DNA of 63,808 nucleotides, the filler included, from Octopus bimaculoides (Eukaryota), in the NCBI RefSeq assembly GCF_001194135.2. It is 6 parts of 6 records of this genome, joined end to end, with 100 filler letters (N's around TTAATTAATTAA, not from the genome) between each part and the next. Parts side by side here need not be neighbours in the genome. Positions count along the whole stretch, not along the records: positions 25,817 to 41,501 come from NC_068984.1; 5 more parts are not named here. One strand, written 5' to 3'. The translations under genes and the position numbers were made by a program. Numbering within the stretch: position 1 is the stretch's first letter; every line of letters begins with the position of its first letter. The notes beneath the pieces are model-generated. The model worked only from the letters and a program-made list of their open reading frames with translations, was not told the origin of the DNA and searched no databases. Shown piece by piece: positions 26,757 to 38,289 of this stretch.

Positions 26757-26887
26757 CACGTGTCTCCTGTTCTATTTTGGGATGAAGAGTCGCTGAAAAG
26801 GTTACAGAATGTGTGACGAAAGATTTCCAAACAAAGGACATAAAATAAGAACAAGAATAAATCTGAAGTGAAGAACGAATATAAGTG
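26757..26887. mobile_element. Half copy of the 42402 foldback element
   Basis: gagtcgctgaaaaggttacag...gacataaaataagaac...tctgaagtgaagaacgaatata matches the right arm of 42402-42662. Confidence 0.7.
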
Positions 26888-27163
26888 TTTATTTGGAAAA
26901 CTAAAAAATGATCATCCCGTAATATAACAATATCTGTGTGAACACACGATTTCACACCAGGAATCTGGCAAAACAAATACATGTGTATTTTATGTTTGTT
27001 TAAAACAAATGGAAGAAGCTGGAACTTCTAAATGGTTAAAGTGAAATGTACATCAGAACAGATGTTCAAATATTTCTTGTAGCAATAGGAAATGAAAAAA
27101 TAATAAAACAAAAACATGAAAGAAATACTGAAAATGTATGCTCTGGAGCAAATTTTAATCTAT

Positions 27164-27539
27164 GGCTGACAGGCACTTCGTCACTTACGACGTCGAGGGT
27201 TCCAGTTGATCCAATCAACGGAACAGCCTGCTCGTGAAATTAACGAAATTACTCCACAGACACGTGTACCCTTAACGTAGTTCTCGGGGATATTCAGCGT
27301 GACACAGTGTGACAAGGTTGTCCCTTTGAATTACAGGCACAACAGAAACAGGAAGTAAGAGTGCGAGAAAGTTGTGGTGAAAAAGTATAGTAGAGTTCGC
27401 CACCATCCCCTGCCGGAGCCTCATGGGGCTTTTGGTGTTTTCGCTCAATAAACACTCACAACGCCCGATCTGGGAATCGAAACCGCGATCCTGTGAACGT
27501 GAGTCCACTGCCCTAACCAGTGGACCATTGCGCCTCCAC
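27164..27539 (-). mobile_element. SINE family B, full length
   Basis: Reverse complement of the 6042 copy. Confidence 0.85.
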
Positions 27540-27748
27540 AACTGACAGGTACATAATTAGATATTGTTAATGTTTACGTATTTTTGATTCCGTTATGAAT
27601 GTGATTATTTGAAAGACATACGGAAGATTATGTTAAAGGAGTCATAATTTATTGTAGTTTGGTATTAGAGTGTATGTATCTGAACTTAATTTAAATAATT
27701 CCTTGAAGAATCTGAAGTTCTTTTATTTTCGTTTTTGTTTTCTTTCAG

Positions 27749-28058
27749 ACGTTTGCTATTATCGCTGGTGTAGCTAATATACCTGTCTATTCTGCATCTC
27801 TTTTGTTAAGTTCGCAGTTGACTTCAATTGAAAAACACTTCGGCATAAGCAGCAGCAAATCTGCCGGGTTAATAAGTGCAAACGAGATTGGATTCCTAAT
27901 TACAGTGCTTCCGTTTGGTTACGTGTTCAAAGATAGTAATAAACCGTTCATTTTGGCCATTGCTAATATTGGAAGTGCTATCGCTTGTTTTGTATGTACG
28001 CTTCCGTATTTCTTTCTTCAAGTGCCGGAAACCAATCAAAATTGGAATGCAACAAGCG
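27749..28058 (+). CDS. SLCO/OATP organic anion transporter, internal exon a (TM1-TM3 region)
   Basis: Polypyrimidine tract and AG at 27747-48. Open frame TFAIIAGVANIPVYSASLLLSSQLTSIEKHFGISSSKSAGLISANEIGFLITVLPFGY...TLPYFF matches the OATP SQxTxIEKxFGxSSxxSG-like N-terminal motif. GTATGT donor at 28059; phase 0 to 1. Confidence 0.9.
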
Positions 28059-28174
28059 GTATGTATCAATGAATTTTCTTTATTTAATGATATCAGGGAT
28101 TCTGGACACTGAATTATTGACAGTGCAAGAGATGTTAATTTTCTTTTATCTCCATCTTTTATCTTTTACTTGTA

Positions 28175-28550
28175 TTAATTATCGGACCGTGGTCATGCTG
28201 AAGCACCGCTCTGAAAGGTTGTAGTCGAACAAATAAATCGGCCTCAGTGTTTTATCTGTGTTTCTTGCCTAACCGCTAAATTAAGGGGATGTAAACAAAG
28301 TAACACCAGTTACCCTGAAGTGGAGGTCAAGCACAGATATAAACACACACACACATTACATGCACAAACACACACACATTCCACACACATATATACGATG
28401 GGCTTCTACTCCGTTTCCATTTACCGAATTCATTCACAAAGCATTTATCGGCTCGAGGCTAGAACGCACTTGCCTAAAGTGCCATGCAGTAGGATTGTAC
28501 ATGAAACCATGTGTCTGTAAAAGCGAGTTTCTTGATCACTCAGCCATGCC
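28175..28550 (-). mobile_element. SINE family C, diverged
   Basis: Head and tail motifs on the minus strand. Confidence 0.65.
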
Positions 28551-29033
28551 TGCACTTATAATGAAGAAACATTCTCTTTGGAGAATTCCATTGGTTAGCG
28601 TATATTTTTAGTGATTACTTTATCGATTCGGAAAATATACAAAGCACACTGTTGAAAATAATAGGAGCCACCGACAACCACGTGACCAATCACAAAGCCA
28701 GCAGCCATGTGACCGATCTGCACATCCAGCAGCATCAGAGGTCCCATGACTAACCAGGTAATTACTCTAAAGTAAAACATCTGGTGACTGTCGAAACAAC
28801 ATTCATCATCACCTAACCAACCACGTGACTGCACGACCAATAATAATTTTGAAACATTTTCAATGCTCTAACCACTAATTTGATTATTTTCAAACTCGCA
28901 TGAAGACAAAAGTCCTCCTCTTCTCCAAGCTTGTTTCGTCTCTCACTTCAAATACTGGTGCCCACTGTGGGGGCCCCCACACAAAACAAGATATAACAAG
29001 GGACTGAAGCACTGCAGAAACCAATCATAAAAA

Positions 29034-29074
<41 letters not shown>

Positions 29075-29106
29075 GGCAGACAGACAAACAGACAGGCAGA
29101 TAGACT

Positions 29107-29162
<56 letters not shown>

Positions 29163-29164
29163 TG

Positions 29165-29214
29165 GACGCCTCTGATGAGAACCCAATAATGTTCGAAAAT
29201 CGATTAAGGTTGTT
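29165..29214 (+). ncRNA. Minimal type I hammerhead ribozyme motif, copy 1
   Basis: Stem I GCCT/AGGT, core CTGATGA (29172-78), stem II GAAC/GTTC, GAAA (29195-98), palindromic AATCGATT stem III, UUA triplet. Confidence 0.6.
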
Positions 29215-29467
29215 CATCATTTTTTTAGTCTGCAGAGAAATGGCTAAAATGTGCCCTGTTTATAATTATACCATATGTTAAGTATATATTATATCATACC
29301 TTGATACTGTGTGGCTAAGATCCCCGTTGACAGGCCGCTGGTAGTTATAGAGTGTTAAACACTTTCGGTATGCAAATTAGGGACTCTTTCGTAGAATAAC
29401 TGCTGTATTTGTTGAGCATATAGACAGTTTGGCTGATTGTTTCTATGGAGATTGTCAAAATGATGTA

Positions 29468-29517
29468 GACGCCCCCGATGAGAACACAATAAGATTCGAA
29501 AATCGATTAAGGTTGTT
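29468..29517 (+). ncRNA. Hammerhead motif copy 2, core mutated (CCGATGA)
   Basis: Homolog of copy 1 offset by 303 nt. U4-to-C change in the core and a weakened stem II; GAAAATCGATTA is retained. Confidence 0.4.
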
Positions 29518-29607
29518 CTTCAGTGTTTCAGTCTGTAGAGAAATCGCTAAAATGTGCCCTGTTTATAATTATTACCATATGTTACGTATATATATTATTT
29601 AAAAGAC

Positions 29608-29719
29608 TTTGATTCGGTTACGTGCCTCATCAAGTTTCGCAGGGGCATAACGGGAGCCCAACTCCTTGGGCTCCTGATAGAGGCCTGCGAATCTTGAAGT
29701 AGCGCGGAACCGAACCAAA
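29608..29719. repeat. 112-nt rod-like inverted repeat (54-nt arms, 4-nt loop)
   Basis: Arms 29608-29661 and 29666-29719 align without gaps; 41 of 54 positions are Watson-Crick complementary by manual count. Confidence 0.85.
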
Positions 29720-29905
29720 CTGTTTTAGATAAGACAATGTAAGTCCTACTAAATGTATTGAGTGCCATTTTCTTTCGTTTGTCAAATTCACTTATTTGCG
29801 CATGTATATATAATGTTTGTTTGTTTACGTTTGTCGTAATTTGAATTTAATATATATATATATAAATATCTATATATCTTTGCTTTCCTTTTTCTTCTTT
29901 TGCAG

Positions 29906-30130
29906 CCAGTTCCTTGGCACCTCTCCTTCCGTGTATGAATATTAATGCTTCCGGCCATGCGAACAGTACGTGTACGACGGAGAAAGGAGAGACTCGATCG
30001 GCTACAGCTGCTTACGCGTTGATATTTATTGGAATGATTTTGGGTGGTATCTGCAAAGCTGTCAGGTCTCCTTTAATTGCCTGCTATATAGATGACAATA
30101 TAAACAAAGCTTACATCGGTGGATACATGA
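29906..30130 (+). CDS. SLCO/OATP exon b
   Basis: TGCAG acceptor; phase 1 matches exon a. Encodes ...AYALIFIGMILGGICKAVRSPLIACYIDDNINKAYIGGYM with the conserved YIDDN motif. GTGAGT donor at 30131; 225 nt. Confidence 0.9.
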
Positions 30131-30284
30131 GTGAGTGTTTGTCTTTATAACACCTTTGAGCGAGAGTAAGAGCTCAACCAATGAAATTGTTGTTATATTT
30201 CAGATATCACCATGCATATCAATTAGTTACTGAGGGTGTATGAGTGTGCATCTATGCCAATATATTTGTATTCGTATACATGCC

Positions 30285-30334
<50 letters not shown>

Positions 30335-30361
30335 TGAGAAAAATTGGAAAAGGAGACAAAC

Positions 30362-30412
<51 letters not shown>

Positions 30413-30546
30413 TATATCTATGTATACATATATATATGTATGTATATATGTATGTATATATGTATTTATATATATNNNNNNNNNNNNNNNNNNNNNNNNN
30501 NNNNNNNNNNNNNNNNNNNNNNNNNNNNNNNNNNNNNNNNNNNNNN

Positions 30547-30579
<33 letters not shown>

Positions 30580-30606
30580 TGAGAAAAATTGGAAAAGGAG
30601 ACAAAC

Positions 30607-30641
<35 letters not shown>

Positions 30642-30815
30642 GGGGGGGCAATCGATTAAATCGAACCACTTCGCAAATGGTACTTATTTTTCGACCCCGA
30701 AAGGATGAAAGGTTAAGTTGACCTCCGCGGAATTTGAAATCGGAACGTAAAGACAGACGAAATACCGCTAAGCATTTCGCCCGGCGTGCTAACGTTTCTG
30801 CCAGCTCGCCGCCTT
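30642..30815 (-). mobile_element. SINE family A
   Basis: Well-conserved copy ending CTGCCAGCTCGCCGCCTT on the + strand. Confidence 0.8.
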
Positions 30816-30824
30816 ATAAGATCC

Positions 30825-30983
30825 CAGGTCTTATTCTTTGTAAGCCCAGCACTTATTCTATCACTCTCTTTCCCCGAACTGCTAAGTTACTGGAACTTAA
30901 ACACACCAACATCGGTTGTCAAGCGATGTTGAGGGACAAACACAAACACACACATACACACAAATATGCACACACACACACAC

Positions 30984-31030
<47 letters not shown>

Positions 31031-31040
31031 NNNNNNNNNN

Positions 31041-31106
<66 letters not shown>

Positions 31107-31256
31107 CAGATACATATATATACGACGGGTTTCCTTCTGTTTCCATCTACCAAATCCACCCACAAGATACTTGTCCAAGGTGCCAGGCAGTGAGACTGAA
31201 CCAGGAACCATGTGGTTGGGGAGCAAGCCTCTTACCACACAACCACGCCCGCGCCT
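30825..31256 (-). mobile_element. SINE family C
   Basis: Matches other family C copies. Confidence 0.75.
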
Positions 31257-31279
31257 ATATATGTATAGGGGTAGAGAAC

Positions 31280-31321
<42 letters not shown>

Positions 31322-31355
31322 CATACATACATACATACATACATACATACATACA

Positions 31356-32226
31356 TAGGGTGCGATGGGTAAATTGTCGCCATTTTATATTATTCATTTC
31401 GTGCATGCGCATTGTTTATTTTGGGTTATTGTTAACTACCCAGTATAGTAGGGTTAGTTTGGCACTGTCTGTGAGAAAAACAGTAGCATGACGCAATTCA
31501 CTCTGCCAGAAATTTGGAAACGACATGCTGTACTACTTGGCATTAGCGCCGGAAGCTCCAATACGAGCAGATGGTGAACACACGGAACAATCGTTGGTTT
31601 ACCGTGTCCCCAAAACATGTCTCGTGAATGATAAAAATCAAATATCCGGTCAAGATCATAGTGTCTTGAGTGATCACTAGTGACGACAACATTATACTTC
31701 TAGTCATCTTCCCACACGGCCTCAGATTCAAAACGAAGGCCTACACCATGTGCCTGGAGGAGGCAGTGCTGCCCTGGGTCAAGAGGGTGTCTGTTAACAG
31801 GAGTCTGCACCATGCCACACGAGCAGGGGATCCCAGTCATGGACGTCAGACGATTTTGCCGATCACATCACACCTAACATCTGGCCACCTACCTCCCCAG
31901 ACTCTAACCCCCTTGATTATTATGTATTGGGCGCAGTTGAGCTACAGACCAACAAAACTCCTTACAACACCAAAAATGAACTGAAAGCAAGAATTATAGC
32001 AGTATTCACCAACTTAAACAAGAAAATCGCCCAGTAGAGTTGCAGGAGATTCTGAAGTCATCTAGAGGCCGTGGTTGAAGGCAATGGCAATTTTATTGAA
32101 TAAATTTACTCGTTAGGATTTCAAGATACTTTTATGTAATTTTGGTAAATATATCTGTTAAAATAAGATGTCAGTATCATTTTCATTTTTGCGTAATTTA
32201 CACGACAGTCTATTCACCACACCCTG
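31356..32226 (+). mobile_element. Tc1/mariner superfamily transposon remnant, maT-like (DDxD)
   Basis: Peptides IFPHGLRF..AY..CLEEAVLPW and DHITPNIWPPTSPDSNPLDYYV..TNKTPYNTKNELKARI. Degenerate (C)AGGGTG TIR ends; TA after the right end. Confidence 0.8.
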
Positions 32227-32227
32227 T

Positions 32228-32267
<40 letters not shown>

Positions 32268-32279
32268 TTTCTATTTCAG

Positions 32280-32366
32280 GTCTTATGAGTGCATGCCATG
32301 TGATTGGTTTTGTGATAGCATTCACTCTGGGAGGATATTTTAGTCAAATATATGTTACACTGCAAG
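32280..32366 (+). CDS. SLCO/OATP exon c
   Basis: TTTCAG acceptor; 87 nt, phase 1-1. Encodes LMSACHVIGFVIAFTLGGYFSQIYVTLQ, the typical OATP GxxxGFxLGGxFxxIYV segment. GTAAG donor at 32367. Confidence 0.88.
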
Positions 32367-32650
32367 GTAAGCTGCATNNNNNNNNNNNNNNNNNNNNNNN
32401 NNNNNNNNNNNNNNNNNNNNNNNNNNNNNNNNNNNNNNNNNNNNNNNNNNNNNNNNNNNNNNNNNNNNNNNNNNNNNNNNNNTATATATAAAATTTATCC
32501 ATCTCTCATCACTAATTGTAAAACTTTGATTTTTTTTAAGGCATTACTCGTATTGTATCTGTAATGTCCTTGTCAATGCACCTCTAGACTGAGATCTAAA
32601 GTTTCTTTCGATCAACGCTGATTAAAAATAGCACTCACTGACAGACAGAC

Positions 32651-32719
<69 letters not shown>

Positions 32720-33290
32720 CAAGATGGTTGCAAACTCGTGTTCGAGCATTGCCATCACCTGATTGAAAGTCCCAGACATGCGAAGGCTACGACCAGCCAT
32801 CTTTTTCAAGCGATGCCTGCGCATGATGATTTTTTTTATAGTGGGGAAAGCATTTGCACAAATCCAATCACACTCTCTGAACATGGACAACATAAACTGG
32901 AAAAGATGAACTAGTCTACATCATCGAATATTGTCAATGTCGCAGGTTTTCTCTCAGAGTGATGTTTTCTCTCCTAGAGAGATGTAACAATAACCTCTCA
33001 CTCCCATTGGGCCAACCGCGCGCCTAGACACCAGCCCAGGTGTTTCCACGTCTCCGGGCATACATCTGTGCATACATACACACGTACACATATTGTTGGA
33101 TGACCGTTGACTGTTCATGAGCTCTTCCGCTCTTTGGGAGGTCTTATTTTTCGTCCTGCACTGCGTCCAACAATCACCTTCCCCACCAAGCAAGCTTGAT
33201 GGTGTTGCCAGTTTAGTAGCCGGCGACCCGACCATGCAACAGGTTGTACTGGGTTTCATGTTACCAATAGCGCCCAAGAGCAACTTGACA
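32720..33290 (-). mobile_element. Possible highly degraded LINE (RTE-like endonuclease) remnant
   Basis: Only weak peptide resemblance (WICANAF; QSGDGNARTRVCNHL). Confidence 0.3.
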
Positions 33291-33384
33291 TACATATATA
33301 CATGCATGCATGCATGCATACATACATACATACATACATACATACATACATACATACATACATACATACATACATCTTTTGTCT

Positions 33385-33590
33385 TTTGCTTGCTTCAGTT
33401 ATTGGACTGCAGCCGTGCTGGGCATCATTTCGAACGGTTTAGTCGAATAATTCGGTCCCACTAGTTACTTTTTAAGCTTGTTACTTATACTACCGGTCAC
33501 TCATGCCGAACTGCTAAGTTGCAGGGATATAAACAAACCAACACCTGTTGTTAAGTAGTAGTGGATAACAAATATAACGCAAACACAAAG

Positions 33591-33629
<39 letters not shown>

Positions 33630-33630
33630 T
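33385..33630 (-). mobile_element. SINE family C 3' half
   Basis: Matches other family C copies. Confidence 0.65.
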
Positions 33631-33857
33631 ACGTGTATACTCTTGTAGATCAAGTATAGACTATGATTGGGCGTCAGATATGAGTAAATTTGTTACACAT
33701 TCACAGTACTTTACCAGTCGAGGAATACTATACGTAAGTCAACCCTGATGTTCTTTAGAGAGCTCGTGGACGGAATTAGCAACGAATAACTCAGGAATTA
33801 TGTTGGATCGCTTTTGTTACAAGTTAATTAGACATGGTTAATTACAATGATATTATC

Positions 33858-34326
33858 AGTCCGAATATGCTTGATGCACGTTCGAACTGGGGAACAAGCT
33901 ACTCACTGCGTTATGTCAGCGAGAATATATCTCGCTTGTTGACAAATGGTGTGTGTACACCTAGATAAGCTCGCAGCGCCATCTACCTAGACTGTGAGAT
34001 GCTAGTATTTCAGAGTAGCTATCTTCTCATTGGTTACAGACACTAAGCAGATGACACTAAGCAGATGACACCTCTCTTATGCTTTTCCAGTCACCGTACG
34101 ATAACTGGCAGCGCTATACGGCGGTTCACCGTAAGAAAATTACGGAGGGGGAGCGCTAAGCAATGATAAGTGAAATCGCAATTTTATTATGAGTCCGAAT
34201 ATGCTTGTTGCACGTTCGAACTTGGGAATAAACTACTCACTGCGTTTTGTCACGGAGAATATATCGCGCTTGTTGACAAATGGCGTGTATAGACGTAGAT
34301 CAGCTCGCAGCGCCATCTACGGACTG
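33858..34326. repeat. About 135-bp direct repeat (33858-33994 and 34192-34326) with a 14-bp tandem repeat between
   Basis: Both copies read agtccgaatatgcttg..gcacgttcgaact...ctactcactgcgtt...gagaatatatc...ttgttgacaaatgg...ctcgcagcgccatctac. (GACACTAAGCAGAT) occurs about 2.4 times at 34039-71. Confidence 0.9.
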
Positions 34327-34689
34327 ATAATACGTAATGGTTAATTACGTATCAGTACATTGTGGGGTACCAATCTCTTGTTAAATGGTAACTAAAGACC
34401 TCCCGGAGATGTAGGTCTACATCTACCATATCGATGGTGTCATGAGCCAATGGAATGACTCCTAGCCAAAGTGCTTGGAGTTTGGTTAAGACCAGACCTT
34501 CAGACAGAATGAAGCTAAAGCGTGGTTACAAACAGTTTAGTCACCCTGCTTTACTTTAGTTACCATTTAACCATAGATAATCACTTGATCCATGGCAGTA
34601 TTTGAATTCAAAATGCAAATAACTATGACAAATAGAAACTTTGCATTTCTTGTCCAGTATTGTAATGATTCTGACAGTCCATTCTTGAT

Positions 34690-34878
34690 TGGTACTTAAT
34701 TTATCGACCCCAAACGGATGAAAGGCAACGTAAATCTCAGTGGAAATGCAACGTAAATCTCAGAATGTAAAAAGCCGGGCATTTCCTGTAACACTCTAAC
34801 GCTTTTGTTAATCTACCGTCTTAACACTAAAATAATCCGTCAAATATTTGTACCAAATTTTGGTACAAGGCCAACAAC

Positions 34879-34948
<70 letters not shown>

Positions 34949-35090
34949 CAGTCGATTACATCGACACCAGTATTTGACTGGTATTTACTTTATTGACCAT
35001 GAAAGGATGAAAGATAAAGTTGACGTCAGAGAGATGTAAAGAGCTGCAAGAAATGTCGATAAGCATTTTGTCCGACGCGCTTGCCCTCTT
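34690..35090 (-). mobile_element. Two family A SINE copies, one with an (AG)n expansion
   Basis: Copies at about 34690-34800 and 34853-35090. Confidence 0.7.
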
Positions 35091-35207
35091 CAACAAATAA
35101 TGTAGGATTTCTGATATTTCCGTCACGGTGTTTTTATTTATATTTACATTTATTCATTGCTTTTTCTTTTTCATTTTTTTTTAAATTTTATCTTGTTTTT
35201 TTTTTAG

Positions 35208-35240
35208 ATACATATTTAACCCCCATGGATTCCAAATGGA
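35208..35240 (+). CDS. SLCO/OATP exon d, 5' part only (rest lies in N gap 35241-35750)
   Basis: Long T tract and AG at 35206-07, phase 1. Encodes DTYLTPMDSKW, the expected start of the OATP signature D-x-R-W-(I/V)-G-A-W-W; truncated by Ns. Confidence 0.75.
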
Positions 35241-35750
35241 NNNNNNNNNNNNNNNNNNNNNNNNNNNNNNNNNNNNNNNNNNNNNNNNNNNNNNNNNNNN
35301 NNNNNNNNNNNNNNNNNNNNNNNNNNNNNNNNNNNNNNNNNNNNNNNNNNNNNNNNNNNNNNNNNNNNNNNNNNNNNNNNNNNNNNNNNNNNNNNNNNNN
35401 NNNNNNNNNNNNNNNNNNNNNNNNNNNNNNNNNNNNNNNNNNNNNNNNNNNNNNNNNNNNNNNNNNNNNNNNNNNNNNNNNNNNNNNNNNNNNNNNNNNN
35501 NNNNNNNNNNNNNNNNNNNNNNNNNNNNNNNNNNNNNNNNNNNNNNNNNNNNNNNNNNNNNNNNNNNNNNNNNNNNNNNNNNNNNNNNNNNNNNNNNNNN
35601 NNNNNNNNNNNNNNNNNNNNNNNNNNNNNNNNNNNNNNNNNNNNNNNNNNNNNNNNNNNNNNNNNNNNNNNNNNNNNNNNNNNNNNNNNNNNNNNNNNNN
35701 NNNNNNNNNNNNNNNNNNNNNNNNNNNNNNNNNNNNNNNNNNNNNNNNNN

Positions 35751-35858
35751 TGAAAGGCAAAGTCGACATCGGCGGAATTTGAACTCAGAACGTAACGGCA
35801 CTCGAAATATCGCTAAGCTTTTCGCCCAGCGTGCTAACGATTCTGCCAGCTCACCGCG
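35751..35858 (-). mobile_element. SINE family A 5' half
   Basis: TGAAAGGCAAAGTCGACATCGGCGGAATTTGAACTCAG. Confidence 0.75.
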
Positions 35859-35884
35859 ATAATAATAATAACAATAACAATAAC

Positions 35885-35928
<44 letters not shown>

Positions 35929-35995
35929 TAATAATAATAATAATAATAATATATTGATGGTAATGTTAATAATAATAATGTTAATAATAATTTGA

Positions 35996-36355
35996 TTGGT
36001 GATTCACAACCGGGATCCATATAGCCCCTGAGACTCCATATAAGATTTGGGGGGGATCGCGCAACAAAATAGTAAATTAGGGATCCAGAACAGAATTTTT
36101 AAGGGCCCCTGAAAACATTCTGCTTAAGATGTATGTTTGTATGTATTGGTATGTATTGCAAGAAACAGGTTTCTTTCTCCAACATTTTACATAGATCAAC
36201 CAACGACAAATTAATGTGTGAATTGCAAAATAGGAACTTTTAAAGAAGTTTCTATAAAACTAGTTTTTAAACATCGAATGGCTAGGTGGAGGAGGGCACC
36301 AGGATGCAATAATAATCAAAGGAGTCCATGAATAAATAATGGTTGAGAATCCCTG
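35996..36355. mobile_element. Possible hAT-type MITE
   Basis: Imperfect TIRs GTGATTCACAACC and GGTTGAGAATCCCTG. Confidence 0.3.
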
Positions 36356-36929
36356 ATGTAGAGTGTGTCCCTTCTAATAACTGAATACGTGTAAACGACT
36401 TGAAAAATGACTGACAAACCCGCAGTTATAAATGATTTTGTTGGTCAAGGTGGACCTATATTGACACCAACTGAAGCTATACAAAATTTTCAGAAGATTA
36501 TTCGCCCACATCAAAATTATTTACTACCTAAAGTTTGCGTAATTTTAAGAAGAGTTAGCTGTTATTTCTAATATGTAGGCTAACTGAAGCCTTTGTCATT
36601 CAGTCACTTGTAACTCGACCTACTACTTGTTATTTCACTGATATGACACTCCATTGGTTCTGTCACGAGTGTTGGCTATGGAGTCGTTACATAAGGTGTT
36701 ATAGCAATACAAGCCTACAAATTCGATAAGTGTAAGGTAGTATACTATAAACAGCGTTATTTACTATTTTGGTGCTATGTAGGTTACTGCTTTCTACTGT
36801 CGTGTAGCTGTGCAGTGTAGTATTTTAAACGTTGAAAATTCCATACATTACATGGTGTTATAAATTTATATCAGGTGGTGGTAACACAGTGATACAGTAT
36901 TCTGATACATTGCAATCAAATATTTGAGC

Positions 36930-36998
36930 TTTTGTTCACACACACACACACATACAAACACACACACACACACAAACAAACACACATATATATGTATA

Positions 36999-37085
<87 letters not shown>

Positions 37086-37460
37086 ATATACACATATATG
37101 TATACATATTTATACCATTTATATCTATATATATACACATATATATATGTGCATATATATATATTGTATATATACACATATATATATATATATATGCAGA
37201 TAAACAGGCAAACACACACACATATACACACATAGACACATACACTCAGACGCACACTCATACATACACACACATGATATACATGCATACGTATATACGT
37301 ATGTATGTATATATGTATGTATGTATGCATGCATGCATGTATGTATGTATGTATGTATGAATGTATGTATGTATGTATATATATGTATGTATGCATGCAT
37401 ACATGTATGTGTTTATGTATGTATGTATGTATGTATGTATGTATGTACGTATGTATGTAG
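36930..37460. repeat. Compound (CA)/(TA)/(TATG) microsatellite
   Basis: Directly visible. Confidence 0.95.
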
Positions 37461-37821
37461 TCCGTCATTCGACAATGAGGATTCAGTTGTCCGAATATTC
37501 TGTCTCTATTTTTGCATTTAAGTGGCTGAACGTCCCACAAATACATGTACCCTTAATGAAATTCTCAGGTAGAATCAGCATAAAACGGTGTGTGACAAGG
37601 CTGTTCCGTTTAAATTGCAGGTTCAAATCCACCTGATGGACTTCTATTCATTTTCCATCAATTAATTTTCATACATAACGAATTAATCAACGCAATGCTA
37701 TAGAATGTAGCCCTGAAGGTGCCGTGCAGCAGAACTGAACCCTGGACGTCGTAGATGTGGTTCGAATTTTGTTAACCGTTCTGCTTCACACACTCGTGCC
37801 CGCACGTATACGTTCCCCATA

Positions 37822-37906
<85 letters not shown>

Positions 37907-38099
37907 ATGACTTAATCAATCTTCAAATAACTGATGTACGAGGTGCCTCGGAGGGGGAACTTTCTAAGTGCAAAACTATGGTCATTCGTGACCGAAGGGG
38001 TCTTTACCCTTTTAAATTCTTATGACGACAGAAATAGCTTAGAAATTTCCTGCTGAGATTTTATATAATACCTTCTCCTTGTATTTTCTTATAATACAG

Positions 38100-38264
38100 G
38101 TATTGCTTCAACACTACTGCGCATGATTCGAAACCCTTCTGTGATGCTTATTTCATTGTTTGGGATTTTGTGTGTTTTTAACGTATCTGGAAAGTTAGCA
38201 TTTTTACCCAAATACTACGAGACTCAATTCGGGTGGCCTGCATGGCAAGCAAATATTGTAATCG
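38100..38264 (+). CDS. SLCO/OATP exon e
   Basis: TACAG acceptor; 165 nt, phase 1-1. Encodes IASTLLRMIRNPSVMLISLFGILCVFNVSGKLAFLPKYYETQFGWPAWQANIVI (LLxNP and FLPKYxExQF motifs). GTAAGT donor at 38265. Confidence 0.88.
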
Positions 38265-38289
38265 GTAAGTATTTTTCTTTTTATTGTTT

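Larger units (their letters stand above)
29165..29595 (+). repeat. Direct repeat of about 127 nt (29165-29291 and 29468-29595) carrying the hammerhead motifs
   Basis: The copies share gacgcc, gatgagaac, ttcgaaaatcgattaaggttgttc, agagaaat, gctaaaatgtgccctgtttataatta and taccatatgtta. Confidence 0.9.

Noticed and set aside
29608-29640. Minus-strand TTGATGAGG..CCGAAT hammerhead-like string within the rod hairpin
   Set aside because: Two core positions deviate and stem II has only 2 bp.
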